DNA of 64,000 bases. It comes from Terriglobia bacterium. Lineage in GTDB: Bacteria; Acidobacteriota; Terriglobia; Terriglobales; Acidobacteriaceae. The notes beneath the pieces were generated by a model. It made no database searches, had not been told where the DNA came from, and saw only the letters and a program-made list of their open reading frames with translations. Position 1 is the first letter of the stretch; the number at the start of each line of letters is the position of its first letter. The DNA is taken from assembly GCA_963760265.1 (NCBI GenBank), contig CAVXCR010000029.1, positions 46,779 through 110,778 on the forward strand. The letters are read 5' to 3'. The position numbers were made by a program, and so were the translations under genes. Of this stretch, positions 1-10,224 are shown one piece after another.

Positions 1-312
1 GATGCCGACGCAATCGGTGCAGAAGCCGACGTTTTCGCCGCGTCCCAATACCTGGTCCAGCAGCATGCGCAGGCGCTCCGCCACGGGACGCAAACTCATC
101 TTCGCGTTGGGCTTGCCCTTGGGACGGCCGAGATGCGAGGCCAGGATGAGGCGCGCGCCATGACGCAGGGCGTATTCGATGGTGGGCAGGGTCTCGCGAA
201 TGCGGGTGTCGTCGGTGATGCGGCCGCCGTCATCGAGCGGAACGTTGAAGTCCACGCGCATGAAGATACGATGATTGCTGAGCGGCAGATCGCGGATGGA
301 GAGCTTGGTCAT
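1..312 (-). CDS. pgk: phosphoglycerate kinase, N-terminal part (continues past window start)
   Basis: Reverse-strand translation from the ATG at 312 gives [68 protein letters not shown], a canonical PGK N-terminus. A GAGGGGG RBS lies upstream. Confidence 0.9.
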   Translation of the reverse strand, partial: MTKLSIRDLPLSNHRIFMRVDFNVPLDDGGRITDDTRIRETLPTIEYALRHGARLILASHLGRPKGKPNAKMSLRPVAERLRMLLDQVLGRGENVGFCTDCVGI

Positions 313-385
313 CGTTACCCCCTCGACGCGCGCTGCAAATTCGGCCTGCATTAAGAACAGTTTCAGTTTCAATTTCGAGCGGTTG

Positions 386-433
386 CCCCACCCTTGTCTC
401 GCCCGGGTTTGGCGAGACAGGGTGGGGTTTTTT
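386..433. other. GC-rich hairpin in the gap-pgk spacer
   Basis: CCCCACCCTTGTCTCGCC (386-403) pairs with GGCGAGACAGGGTGGGG (411-427) with one bulge. The T6 run follows on the + strand only, so it is not a canonical terminator for the minus-strand operon. A CAGTTT-type tandem word array (362-380) precedes it. Confidence 0.6.
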
Positions 434-442
434 CCGGAGAGA

Positions 443-1597
<1,155 letters not shown>

Positions 1598-2018
1598 CTA
1601 CGCAGGTAACAAGGCTGAGGCGGCGCGTTGCCGAATGTCGGCCGGGTGTGTTCCAATCGCAGCATGCGCAAGTGGCAGCGCGACCGCATGAGGCGGCGCA
1701 AAGCGAAGCCGGAGGGGCCCTCGCAGCCGGCACAGCCGCAACCCGAACCGCTGCAGCCGGCGTATCCCGACATGGACCGTCCGCTGCAGATGTCGAAGCG
1801 CGAGCCGGAGGCGGCTCCCGAACCGCCGCCGGAGCCCGCGCCGGAATCAATTCCGGCCGAGGCCGGAGCAGTCCCGGCGTCCAGCGCGTGGCGGCCAGCG
1901 TCGCCGCAGCCGAGGAGGCCGGGGACGGCGTCGCACCGCCGCGCCAGCCAGGCCGCCGCTGCCTGCACCTGCACCGCCGGAAGCGCAGGAACCCGCGCCC
2001 AGTGAAGTTGCACCGGAA

Positions 2019-2567
2019 TTGCCGGCGGCCCCCGCGCCGCTGGAGCGTCGTCCACCGCAGCCGGCGCACCGTCCGCCGCGCCCGCCCAAGGGCGCCGTCG
2101 TACTCTCCATCGGACTGCCGGGGTCGGGGAAGAGCAGTTGGTTCAAGCGCCGCGGCGTGACGCCGTTGTCGAGCGACCTGCTGCGCAAACTTTTGTTCGA
2201 CGACACCACCGAGCAGCGCTACCAGGACCTGGTGTTCGGCACGCTGCGCTCGCTGTTGCGCGCCCGCTTGGTCGCCCGCATGCCGTGGAATTATGTGGAT
2301 GCCACCAACCTGTCGCCGCGCGAGCGTCATGGGTGGATCAAGATGGCGCGCGAGTTCGGCTACGACGTGCACGCCGTATTCTTCGACGTGCCGCTGCATG
2401 TCTGCATGGAGCGTAACCAGCGCCGCCAGCGCATAGTGCCGGAAGACGTGATGCAGCGCATGGCGGCCAAGCTCCGCCCGCCAACCTTCGACGAGGGATT
2501 CGCCAAAATCGTTGTGGTGCGCGTGAAGAAGAAAGAGCAGGCCCCAGAACAGCAGGGCGAGCCATAG
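2019..2567 (+). CDS. P-loop kinase-like ATPase (AAA_33 / polynucleotide-kinase-like); true 5' end unresolved
   Basis: Walker A GLPGSGKSS, then ...YVDATNLSPRERHGWIKMAREFGYDVHAVFFDVPLHVCMERNQRR... The frame stays open back to 1692 with no ATG/GTG/TTG before the TTG at 2019 (see finding). Confidence 0.65.
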   Translation: MPAAPAPLERRPPQPAHRPPRPPKGAVVLSIGLPGSGKSSWFKRRGVTPLSSDLLRKLLFDDTTEQRYQDLVFGTLRSLLRARLVARMPWNYVDATNLSPRERHGWIKMAREFGYDVHAVFFDVPLHVCMERNQRRQRIVPEDVMQRMAAKLRPPTFDEGFAKIVVVRVKKKEQAPEQQGEP

Positions 2568-2657
2568 CACGCGCCCGCCAGCTTCGTCGTTGACTTCACC
2601 CGAACCCCTTCCTATGATGCTCGCTCCCTGAACGAAAATTTTCCGCGGAGGCGAGCC

Positions 2658-4709
2658 ATGGCTTCGCCGCTCACATCCTTATTCCGTCCGTCTCGCATCG
2701 CCATGATCGGAGCGTCGGCCAACCCCGAGAAGCTCAGCTTCCAGATTTTCCGCAACCTGCGGGAAGCCGGGTTCGCCGGCGAGATCATCCCGGTCAATCC
2801 CAAGGGAGAAACGATCCTCGGGATTCCATCCCTGAAGTCAGCGACGGAGATCCCGGAGGGCACCGATCTCGCGGTCGTCATGATTCCCGCCAAGCTCGTG
2901 CCGGGCGCGATGCTGCAGCTTGGCGAGCGCAAGGTGAAGGCGGCGATCGTCATTACCGGGGGCTTTGCCGAGTCCGGCGAAGAGGGCGCCGCCCTGCAAC
3001 GGGAACTGGCGGAGAACGCCGCCCAGTGCGGCATCCGGGTGGTGGGGCCAAACTGCCAGGGGGTGAACTATCCCGATCACGGATTGTGCGCGTCGTGGCC
3101 GCTGCTGACGCGCCGTGGCGACATGGCGATCGTGTCGCAGAGCGGCACCGTCGGCGCCGCGCTGATTGACTGGGCTTCGCAGGACCGGCTCGGGTTCTCG
3201 GCCTTCGTCAGCCTGGGAAATCGCGCCGACGTGGACGAGGCGGACCTGATCTCCTTCTTTTCCGACGATCCCAACACCAAGGTCATCGCGCTCTATATCG
3301 AAGGCGTGAAAGACGCCGCCAAGTTCCTGGCCGCGGTAAAGGCTTGCCGCAAACCGTTGGTGATTCTGAAAGCGGGCCGCACGCAGCAGGGACGCAAAGC
3401 GGCGGAGTCGCACACCCGCTCGCTGGCGGGGCGAGACGAGATTTATGAAGCCGTCTTCCGCCAGTACCGCGTGCACCGCGCCTACACGCTGGAAGAACTC
3501 TACGATTACGCCAAGGCCCTGGCGTATGTACCCGCGCCGCAGGGAGAGCGGGTGCTGATCGTCACCAGTTCGGGCGGGTCCGCCATCCTCGCCACCGACG
3601 CGCTGGAAGAGGAGGGCTTCCGGCTGGCGCCTGTCCCGCCGGAACTCGCCCGGCAACTGCGCGAGTTTCTCCCCTCGCATTGTCCGATCGGCAATCCCAT
3701 TGACCTGACCGGCGATGCCACTGCGGCCTGGTATCGGAGAGTGCTGGAACTGGCTGACGGCCACTACGACCTGGTGGTGACGATATTCGGCGATCCCATC
3801 CCCGGCGCCAGCGAAGTGATACGGCCGGGGCGATGCGAGCTGGTCGCGTATCTCGGCGGCGCCGACGTCGAGCGCAAAGAGCGGGCGCGCATGGGCGAGA
3901 GGAAGATCGCCGTGTTTCCGACGCCGGAACGGGCGGTGAAAGCCATGGCGCGTCATACCTGCTTCCGCCGACAGAAGTTTGCCGGCGAAGCCGTACCGGC
4001 TACGGCCGCCGCTCAGGCGGCTGCGCCGGCGTCGCTCACTCCCGCCGACTCGATGGCTTTCCTAAAGCAAGCCGCGTTGCCGGTGACACCGTTCGCCGCC
4101 GCGGCGAATGAGGACGAGGCGGTGGCGGCGGCGCGCGACATCGGCTTTCCGGTCGCCGTCAAGATCAACTCACCGGACGTGACCCACAAGACCGATGTCG
4201 GCGGGGTCGTGCTCAACGTGCCCGACCAAGCCGGCGTGCGCGCCGCGTTTCGGCAGCTAGCGGCAGTGGAAACCGCCGGCGGCTTCCGTGCCGGCGGGGC
4301 GCTGGTTTGCGGCATGGCGGCCGCCGGGGTGGAAGTCATCATCGGGGTCACGCGCGACCTCCAGTTCGGCCATGCGGTCATGTTCGGCATGGGCGGGACC
4401 ATGGTTGAGGTGCTGCAGGACATCTCCTTCCGCATCGTGCCATTTTCGGAGCTGGACGCGGCCGAGATGATCGGGGAGGTCCGGGGCGCGCGCATTCTTC
4501 ATGGCGTTCGCGGCGCGAAACCGGCGGATGTTGCGGCCCTGAAAAAGCTGCTTGTCCAGGTGTCGGAACTGGTGACGCAGAATCCCGAGATCGAGGAGCT
4601 CGACCTCAATCCGATTTTCGTTTCTCCACGCGGGGTGCAGATCGCGGACGCGCGCATTGTGCTGGCGAGCGCCCGCGTGGCGGGCGCCGGAGGCGCTTCC
4701 GCCAAATAA
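2658..4709 (+). CDS. ADP-forming acetyl-/acyl-CoA synthetase family protein (fused CoA-binding and ATP-grasp domains)
   Basis: SRIAMIGASANPEKLSFQIFRNL (CoA-binding), ...SQSGTVGAALIDWA..., and a C-terminal ATP-grasp part with FPVAVKINSPDVTHKTDVGGV. GGAGG RBS. Confidence 0.9.
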   Translation: MASPLTSLFRPSRIAMIGASANPEKLSFQIFRNLREAGFAGEIIPVNPKGETILGIPSLKSATEIPEGTDLAVVMIPAKLVPGAMLQLGERKVKAAIVITGGFAESGEEGAALQRELAENAAQCGIRVVGPNCQGVNYPDHGLCASWPLLTRRGDMAIVSQSGTVGAALIDWASQDRLGFSAFVSLGNRADVDEADLISFFSDDPNTKVIALYIEGVKDAAKFLAAVKACRKPLVILKAGRTQQGRKAAESHTRSLAGRDEIYEAVFRQYRVHRAYTLEELYDYAKALAYVPAPQGERVLIVTSSGGSAILATDALEEEGFRLAPVPPELARQLREFLPSHCPIGNPIDLTGDATAAWYRRVLELADGHYDLVVTIFGDPIPGASEVIRPGRCELVAYLGGADVERKERARMGERKIAVFPTPERAVKAMARHTCFRRQKFAGEAVPATAAAQAAAPASLTPADSMAFLKQAALPVTPFAAAANEDEAVAAARDIGFPVAVKINSPDVTHKTDVGGVVLNVPDQAGVRAAFRQLAAVETAGGFRAGGALVCGMAAAGVEVIIGVTRDLQFGHAVMFGMGGTMVEVLQDISFRIVPFSELDAAEMIGEVRGARILHGVRGAKPADVAALKKLLVQVSELVTQNPEIEELDLNPIFVSPRGVQIADARIVLASARVAGAGGASAK

Positions 4710-4713
4710 GGCG

Positions 4714-5334
4714 TCATTTCAGGTGCTTCAGCATCTCCTTGAACGCCGCCGTTCCTGAGTTGTGCAGCAGCTCGTAGATGATCATCTCGGTGGACGAGAT
4801 CACGGCCCCGGCCGCTTCCATGCGCCGCAGCCCGACTTTCCAGTTCCACTCGGCGCGCGAACTGACCGCGTCGGATGCGACGTGCACCAGGTAGCCGCGA
4901 TTCAGTCCTTCCAGCGCCGTTTGCATCACGCAGATGTGGGTTTCCATGCCACACAGCAGCAGCGTGTTGCGGTTCTTGGGCATGGACTTGACCGCGTCGC
5001 AGAAGGCATCGGCGCCAAAGCAGTTGAACTCCATCTTGTCGTGGGGCTTGGAGGGCAGCAGGGAAGCGATCTCCGGCACCACCGGACCCAGGCCCTTGGT
5101 GTATTGCGTGGCCGCCATCACGGGCAGGTCGAGGATCTTCGCCAGCCGCAGCAGCAGTTGCGCGTTGCGCAGCAGGCGGTCTTTCTCAAAGATCGGGGGC
5201 AGCAGCTTTTCCTGGATGTCCACCACCACCAGGGCACATTGTTCCGCCTGCAAATGGCGGCGCGCGATTTCAGCACGATCCTGCAAGCTTTCCATCATGC
5301 CGGTTGGGGTTACCATGAGATTTTTCCTCTGCAC
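4714..5334 (-). CDS. isochorismatase-family hydrolase
   Basis: CALVVVDIQEKLLPPI..., ...LLLCGMETHICVMQTAL... Several in-frame Met codons, so the start is uncertain. Confidence 0.8.
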   Translation of the reverse strand: MQRKNLMVTPTGMMESLQDRAEIARRHLQAEQCALVVVDIQEKLLPPIFEKDRLLRNAQLLLRLAKILDLPVMAATQYTKGLGPVVPEIASLLPSKPHDKMEFNCFGADAFCDAVKSMPKNRNTLLLCGMETHICVMQTALEGLNRGYLVHVASDAVSSRAEWNWKVGLRRMEAAGAVISSTEMIIYELLHNSGTAAFKEMLKHLK

Positions 5335-5582
5335 AAATTGTAATCGCAGGATCGAGTATTTCAGTGGGTCAGTTCGTCAGTATTTCAATTCGCATCCTTC
5401 CAGTTCGGACCTGGGCCACACGTTACCGCAGACCCGGCGTAGAACGCTGCCACGCCGGCGAGATGCTGACGTCCTGAGAAATTTACCGTACTGACCCACT
5501 GACAAACTGATTTGACCGCAGTCCCGAACAGCCCCTAAAATCGAAGTGGGTCTGCAGTTCGGGACCTGCCAACCGCCGACGC

Positions 5583-5656
5583 TGCCCCCTCGTTCAATGG
5601 TAGGACAGCTGACTCTGGATCAGCATATCGGGGTTCGAATCCCTGGGGGGCAGCCA
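5583..5656 (+). tRNA. tRNA-Gln (anticodon CUG)
   Basis: Hand-folded cloverleaf: acceptor TGCCCCC/GGGGGCA, D arm GTTC-AATGGTA-GGAC, anticodon arm GCTGA-CTCTGGA-TCAGC, T arm CGGGG-TTCGAAT-CCCTG, then G-CCA. 74 nt. Confidence 0.9.
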
Positions 5657-5658
5657 AA
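5613..5658 (+). repeat. att-type direct repeat, copy 1 (3' half of tRNA-Gln plus 2 nt)
   Basis: CTCTGGATCAGCATATCGGGGTTCGAATCCCTGGGGGGCAGCCAAA recurs identically at 17715-17760 and 30904-30949. Confidence 0.9.
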
Positions 5659-5754
5659 ACAAGCTAAACCGTTTACCGCGCATTCCGCGAAACCCTCGCT
5701 GACGCCAGTGTGGTGGAAAATGTGGGTACCGATAACCCACGTGGAAGCGGCCAA

Positions 5755-6993
5755 ATGGTGAAAAACAGGTCCAAACCGGCCACCCCGGGAGTTCAGTACT
5801 CAAACCGCACCGGCCAAACAGAGCGGCCAAACAGGACAAAAGGTGCGGCCAAACAGGACAATTCAGGTCACGTCCCCGTAGCACAGAATGACTCGCTTTC
5901 GGCCGGCGAAGCCGCACGGGAGCTTGGTATTTCCGTGCGCACTTTGCGGCGCCTCTGTTCCATCGAGGGACTCCCCAGCTTCAAAACTCCGGGTGGACAA
6001 ATCCGTGTGCGGCGAAACGACGTTGACGCGTATCGCCAGGGAGCGGTTACTCAGACTGCGCCGATCGCGGGTGTTTCATCCGGTATCGTTGAGAGCAAGC
6101 GCGAGTCGGTGCAGGCGCTCAATCTGGAGGTGCAGGAGCGTCGCGTTAAGCGTGAACTGAAAAGGTTCGACGACGAGGATGCTGAAACTGAGCGCCGGCG
6201 CGAGACTTCGGACCGTATTGTTCTCGAACAGTTGCGCTTGCAACGCGAGCGCGAATCGCAATTGCGCGAGCAGGAACAGCAGAGAGCGGCGGCGGCCCGG
6301 CAGCGCAGGCAGTGGGTGGATGGGTGGATGCAATTTGCGCTTCAGTCGATTCCGCAGGACGCTCCACAGGACGTTGCCCTCGATGTACGGCAAGCTGTCG
6401 AGGAGACTCTCGAGGATCTTGTGCCGACGCAGCCACAAAGTGTTGTGCAGCGCCTGGTGCTCGCTGCAGTTGAAAGAGGGTTGAAGCCTTGGAGACGGCG
6501 CCAGGAAATCGAGCGCGCGTTTCGAGAAGCTCGGAAGCAATTGCCGGCACTTGCTCGGAGCATTATTCCTGAGATGGGCTCTGAGTTGACCGAATGGGAG
6601 ACGCGCGCGACCCAGGCAGCGCGTCAGGCGATTAGCTGTTTATCGGCCGATGCTTCGTTCGAAGAGATACGCGCAGCCGCGGTCGAAGCGGGAAGGCGAA
6701 TTGCGGCGGACTACCAGGCCGAGCAGGACCGAGCCCAAGCAGAACGCGCCCGGCAACAGCGCGAAAGCACCAAGAAATTCCTGATTGATTTTGGCGCGCG
6801 GGACGTATTTTTCTATTTGCAAAAACTGAGATTAGACGGGGAACTGTGGGACGAGGACCTGGAGCGGAAAACCGAACTAGAGCAGGCAGTCCGCAGCAAG
6901 CTGGAAGGAACGCTCGCAGGCACAGAGGGCTTTGAGGCTGTGCAGCGCATGGCTCGTGCAGTTGTGGATTCCGAGCTTGAGGAGGAGGTCTAA
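5755..6993 (+). CDS. excisionase-family HTH protein with a long charged coiled-coil C-terminal region
   Basis: SAGEAARELGISVRTLRRLCSIEGLPSFKTPGGQIRVRRNDVDAY, then E/R/Q-rich helical sequence. The ATG at 5755 was chosen because the upstream part of the ORF overlaps repeat motifs. Confidence 0.6.
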   Translation: MVKNRSKPATPGVQYSNRTGQTERPNRTKGAAKQDNSGHVPVAQNDSLSAGEAARELGISVRTLRRLCSIEGLPSFKTPGGQIRVRRNDVDAYRQGAVTQTAPIAGVSSGIVESKRESVQALNLEVQERRVKRELKRFDDEDAETERRRETSDRIVLEQLRLQRERESQLREQEQQRAAAARQRRQWVDGWMQFALQSIPQDAPQDVALDVRQAVEETLEDLVPTQPQSVVQRLVLAAVERGLKPWRRRQEIERAFREARKQLPALARSIIPEMGSELTEWETRATQAARQAISCLSADASFEEIRAAAVEAGRRIAADYQAEQDRAQAERARQQRESTKKFLIDFGARDVFFYLQKLRLDGELWDEDLERKTELEQAVRSKLEGTLAGTEGFEAVQRMARAVVDSELEEEV

Positions 6994-6998
6994 CCGAA

Positions 6999-7364
6999 GT
7001 GTTGCAGAGCAGAAGTTTGTTGCACACGAAGATTCGCCAGGCGCGGCGGGAAGTGGCAAAGAGAATTGAACGTGAACTGTCTAAGCTCTTGCTCGACTCG
7101 GGACGCGGTTACGATGAGATGCGTGTGCGTCACCCTGATTTCTTGGTGTTCCTGATCGCTCAGAAACACGACCAGGACCGCGTGCCGTTGGGTGACTTGA
7201 ACGAGTCCGAGATCATTCTGAAGGACGCGCTAAAGGAGTTGCCGGCGCACAGTCAACATCTTCGAGCTCTGGCAAGGGCATTTGTGGCGGCACAGTTTCA
7301 CGTCTCACCGGGCGCCGTCGCTAAAGACCTGTCCGTCCGTAAGCCGCGCAAAACCGGCTGCTAA
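6999..7364 (+). CDS. hypothetical protein
   Basis: 121-codon ORF with a GTG start 3 nt after the preceding stop, co-oriented with its neighbours. No recognisable motif. Confidence 0.4.
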   Translation: MLQSRSLLHTKIRQARREVAKRIERELSKLLLDSGRGYDEMRVRHPDFLVFLIAQKHDQDRVPLGDLNESEIILKDALKELPAHSQHLRALARAFVAAQFHVSPGAVAKDLSVRKPRKTGC

Positions 7365-7406
7365 ATAGTTCCTGTAATTTTCTCCCAAAATTCCATCAAC
7401 GTTCCC

Positions 7407-8156
7407 ATGGAGTACCGCGCTTCTCCGATCCACAATTGCGATATGTCACCGTTGATCAGAATCCACAATCCGTCACCACCGCGCGAGAGCAGACGGAAAA
7501 ACTTCTTTGGGTTTTCGGCTGGCGAGCAGGCGATTGATGCTGCTATCGCTGGAAAGAAACCGAGCGCAAAAGCTCGCGAATGGATGCGGGAGCACGGTGC
7601 GACAACCAAGAAGTTAAAGAAGAGCCTGCGGCGCTCGATGCAGGCAAGGAATCCGCGTCGCCCAAAGGAACTGACGCGCGATGAAGTTGCGCAGCGCCAG
7701 GACCTAGCGGTTGCATTCACAGCCAACGTCTTGGGCGATGAAGAGTTAGCCGACGAGTTGGACGGGCTGACTGTGGACGAGTATGCGGATCGGCGCGGAC
7801 TTCAATTGACGAATCCTGCCAAAAATCAAGGAGTGAAACGTATGGCGAAAAAGCAAGACGTTGTGAGCAAGCTCGACGAGCTGATTCAGACCATCAAGGA
7901 GCGCCGCCCGAACCCACCGGCACCGACCGCATCGCCGACTGTAGCGCCGGCAACCGGAGCGCCGCCGGCCGCGGTGATGTCGGCCAGAAAAAAGGCGTCG
8001 TCAGATGCTCCAGATGACGACGAGCGCGACGATCTGGTCAACACGATCGCTGAAATTCAAGAGGCCCTCGATGAAGGCCGAGTGGACCGCGCCCAGGAAA
8101 TCGCCGATGACATCCTCGACGAGTACGAGGAAGAGGAAGAAGAAAGCGACGACTAG
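7407..8156 (+). CDS. hypothetical protein with a strongly acidic C-terminus
   Basis: 249-codon ORF with a basic N-terminal half, a P/A-rich linker and a DDILDEYEEEEEESDD tail. Confidence 0.45.
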   Translation: MEYRASPIHNCDMSPLIRIHNPSPPRESRRKNFFGFSAGEQAIDAAIAGKKPSAKAREWMREHGATTKKLKKSLRRSMQARNPRRPKELTRDEVAQRQDLAVAFTANVLGDEELADELDGLTVDEYADRRGLQLTNPAKNQGVKRMAKKQDVVSKLDELIQTIKERRPNPPAPTASPTVAPATGAPPAAVMSARKKASSDAPDDDERDDLVNTIAEIQEALDEGRVDRAQEIADDILDEYEEEEEESDD

Positions 8157-8281
8157 CCTTGGTTGCGGTGCGGCTCTTTGATCGGGTCGCACCGCAACGC
8201 CCAAGGACGCAGTCGGGCACTCCCGTGTTTTTCCGGGACAACCTGGCGCAGACGAAAGGCCCCGAAGAGAGGGTCCCAAGA

Positions 8282-9458
8282 ATGACATCGAGAAGTGCAA
8301 GCGCAGCGGTACTGATCTTCGTTCTCGCCATGGCGTCTCTGGGGGCGCCGCGTGCGAGCGCGCAGTTCATCGGCTACACCTCGCCGCAATCGGCGCAGCA
8401 GAAAGTATTTTCCGGGCAAACGACGGCGCAGACAACGCCGGTTGCTACTGTCTCCTGCACGCCCGTCAACGGTACTCCGTGTGGAATTCCGAACATCGGG
8501 CAGACGGTGCACTTCCTGACGTACACCGTAGCCGGCAGCGCGACAGCGATTCAGATCCGCTTGGAAGGAAGCTCTGACGGCAGCATCTGGAGTCCGATTT
8601 CCGATGATGCAACCGACCTGACCCAGGGCGAGGTAGTGGCAGTCGGATACTATCCAGCACTTCGGGCGAATCTGGTGACGTGCGCCGGCTGTGGCGGCGG
8701 GGTGACGCTCACGGCAAACTATTCCGGTGTTTCGGCATCGCCCAGCGTTCCTTTCGGTTCATACAATCCGTCGCAGCAGTTTCGTAAAGTCCTGTGGACG
8801 CGACAGAACTGCTCCGCGAGCCCGAGCATCTCGCAGGTCGTTTCACCTTATGGGTCTACCTACGGAATGCTGATCCTGTTCTCAACCGGCAGCACTGGTG
8901 CAAGCCCGAGTTTTCATGTTACCCAGCATACAGGCGAGACGAGTGCAGATGTCTTTGATCCGACCGTCGCAAGCGGACTCGCTGGTTTACTGGACCTCAA
9001 TCGTTCCCCCTGCGCCTTCGACGGCTGTGGATGTCAGCTACACGGCTGGGGCCGGAGCCTCTGGCCTGTGCAGCGCCACTTATTTTTTTTATCCGCCAAA
9101 CAGCTTTCTGCCGGCTACTGGGCAGCCCCCCACGACAACAAATCAGCAGTCAATCTCAGCCGTCAATGCGAGCGTGGCAATCACTGTGGGTCCATCTTTT
9201 TCTCAGCGGGCACATTTGTATTCCGTTTCAGCCCGTTGTTCAGCTGGCACCGCAGGGCTAACTGTGACGGATTTTGGCACAACGATTTGGAGCAGCGCTG
9301 CCACCGAGGTGGGCACGACTTCATTCAACAAAGCTTGGAATCCTGGACTGGCTACGGCCCTTACCAACACTGCTCTTGGGGGAACGATGGTGGTGACGCT
9401 GACGACGTGTGGCGCCGGCAACACTGGCACCTTGGACGTACAGGCAAGTGTGTTCTGA
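8282..9458 (+). pseudogene. secreted Ser/Thr/Gly-rich protein, frame-shifted near 8980
   Basis: Signal peptide MTSRSASAAVLIFVLAMASLGAPRASAQ. Protein-like sequence continues to ...DPTVASG in one frame and resumes as SLVYWTSIVPPAPSTAVDVSYTAGAGASG...TLDVQASVF in the +1 frame (ORF 8898-9458). Confidence 0.6.
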
Positions 9459-9638
9459 GTCTCTGTCGAGCGACTCAGGCGGGAGTGGCAAGAAGGGAAG
9501 ATCAAGAAAGTCTCGCGGCGAGCGTACCTGGAACGACTCGCGGAGCGGATCGGCTACGATTGGCGCTGGCTTAATTATGACGAGGTGGACCAGGTCTTTC
9601 GCCGGCGGTGAAACGAGAGATTAGAAAGGTGAGGGCTA

Positions 9639-9938
9639 ATGAGAACCAACAGCTACTTCTCGCTCCCTACGGTTTCGGATTCTTACGGGCGCGTGCGGGC
9701 GATGCGACCGAGCACAATCGGGTACATCGGCCAGGATGAAACGTCGGCGCCGGTCGATTTGTCGCTGCTGTTCCCTGGCCTTGCATTGCTGGCCATCGGG
9801 ATGTTTTTTCTCGGCGGAAAACACGAACCGCAGCGCAAGTTAAGACGAAGTGCCAGGAAGCGCAAAGAAGAGGCTCGCGAACTTCGCAAGCGCGCAAAGG
9901 CTCTCGAAAGCGAGTCGGGAATTTTGGGATTTATCTAA
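9639..9938 (+). CDS. small membrane protein (one TM helix, basic tail)
   Basis: AGGTGAGGG RBS, hydrophobic stretch LSLLFPGLALLAIGMFFLGG, then a K/R-rich tail. Confidence 0.45.
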   Translation: MRTNSYFSLPTVSDSYGRVRAMRPSTIGYIGQDETSAPVDLSLLFPGLALLAIGMFFLGGKHEPQRKLRRSARKRKEEARELRKRAKALESESGILGFI

Positions 9939-10224
9939 GGGCGTCGCCGCCAGCGCGCAGCGGACACTGAAATGGCGGATTGGCTGCAACGGCCGTGACA
10001 GCGAGAAAATTGCTGTAGTGCAAAGTCATACAAAAGTCGTTTGGTACGGCGATTGCGATGTGCGCCTTTTATCCGCGCTCTCATGAGTTCGCCTGATTTC
10101 TCCGGTTTTTCTCCGTCTGACGTTGTAGTGCAACGTAATACATCGCTCGTTTCCAGAAAATTTATAGTTGTTCGTTCGGTGCGCAGTTCGCTGCTAATGT
10201 CGCGTCCAAAGGGGGAGACGAAAA

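Noticed and set aside
1628-2005. 125-aa ORF as an independent Pro-rich protein gene
   Set aside because: Its 3' half (…SSAWRPASPQPRRPGTASHRRASQAAAACTCTAG…) is not protein-like. It is treated instead as the possible frame-shifted 5' part of the downstream kinase gene.
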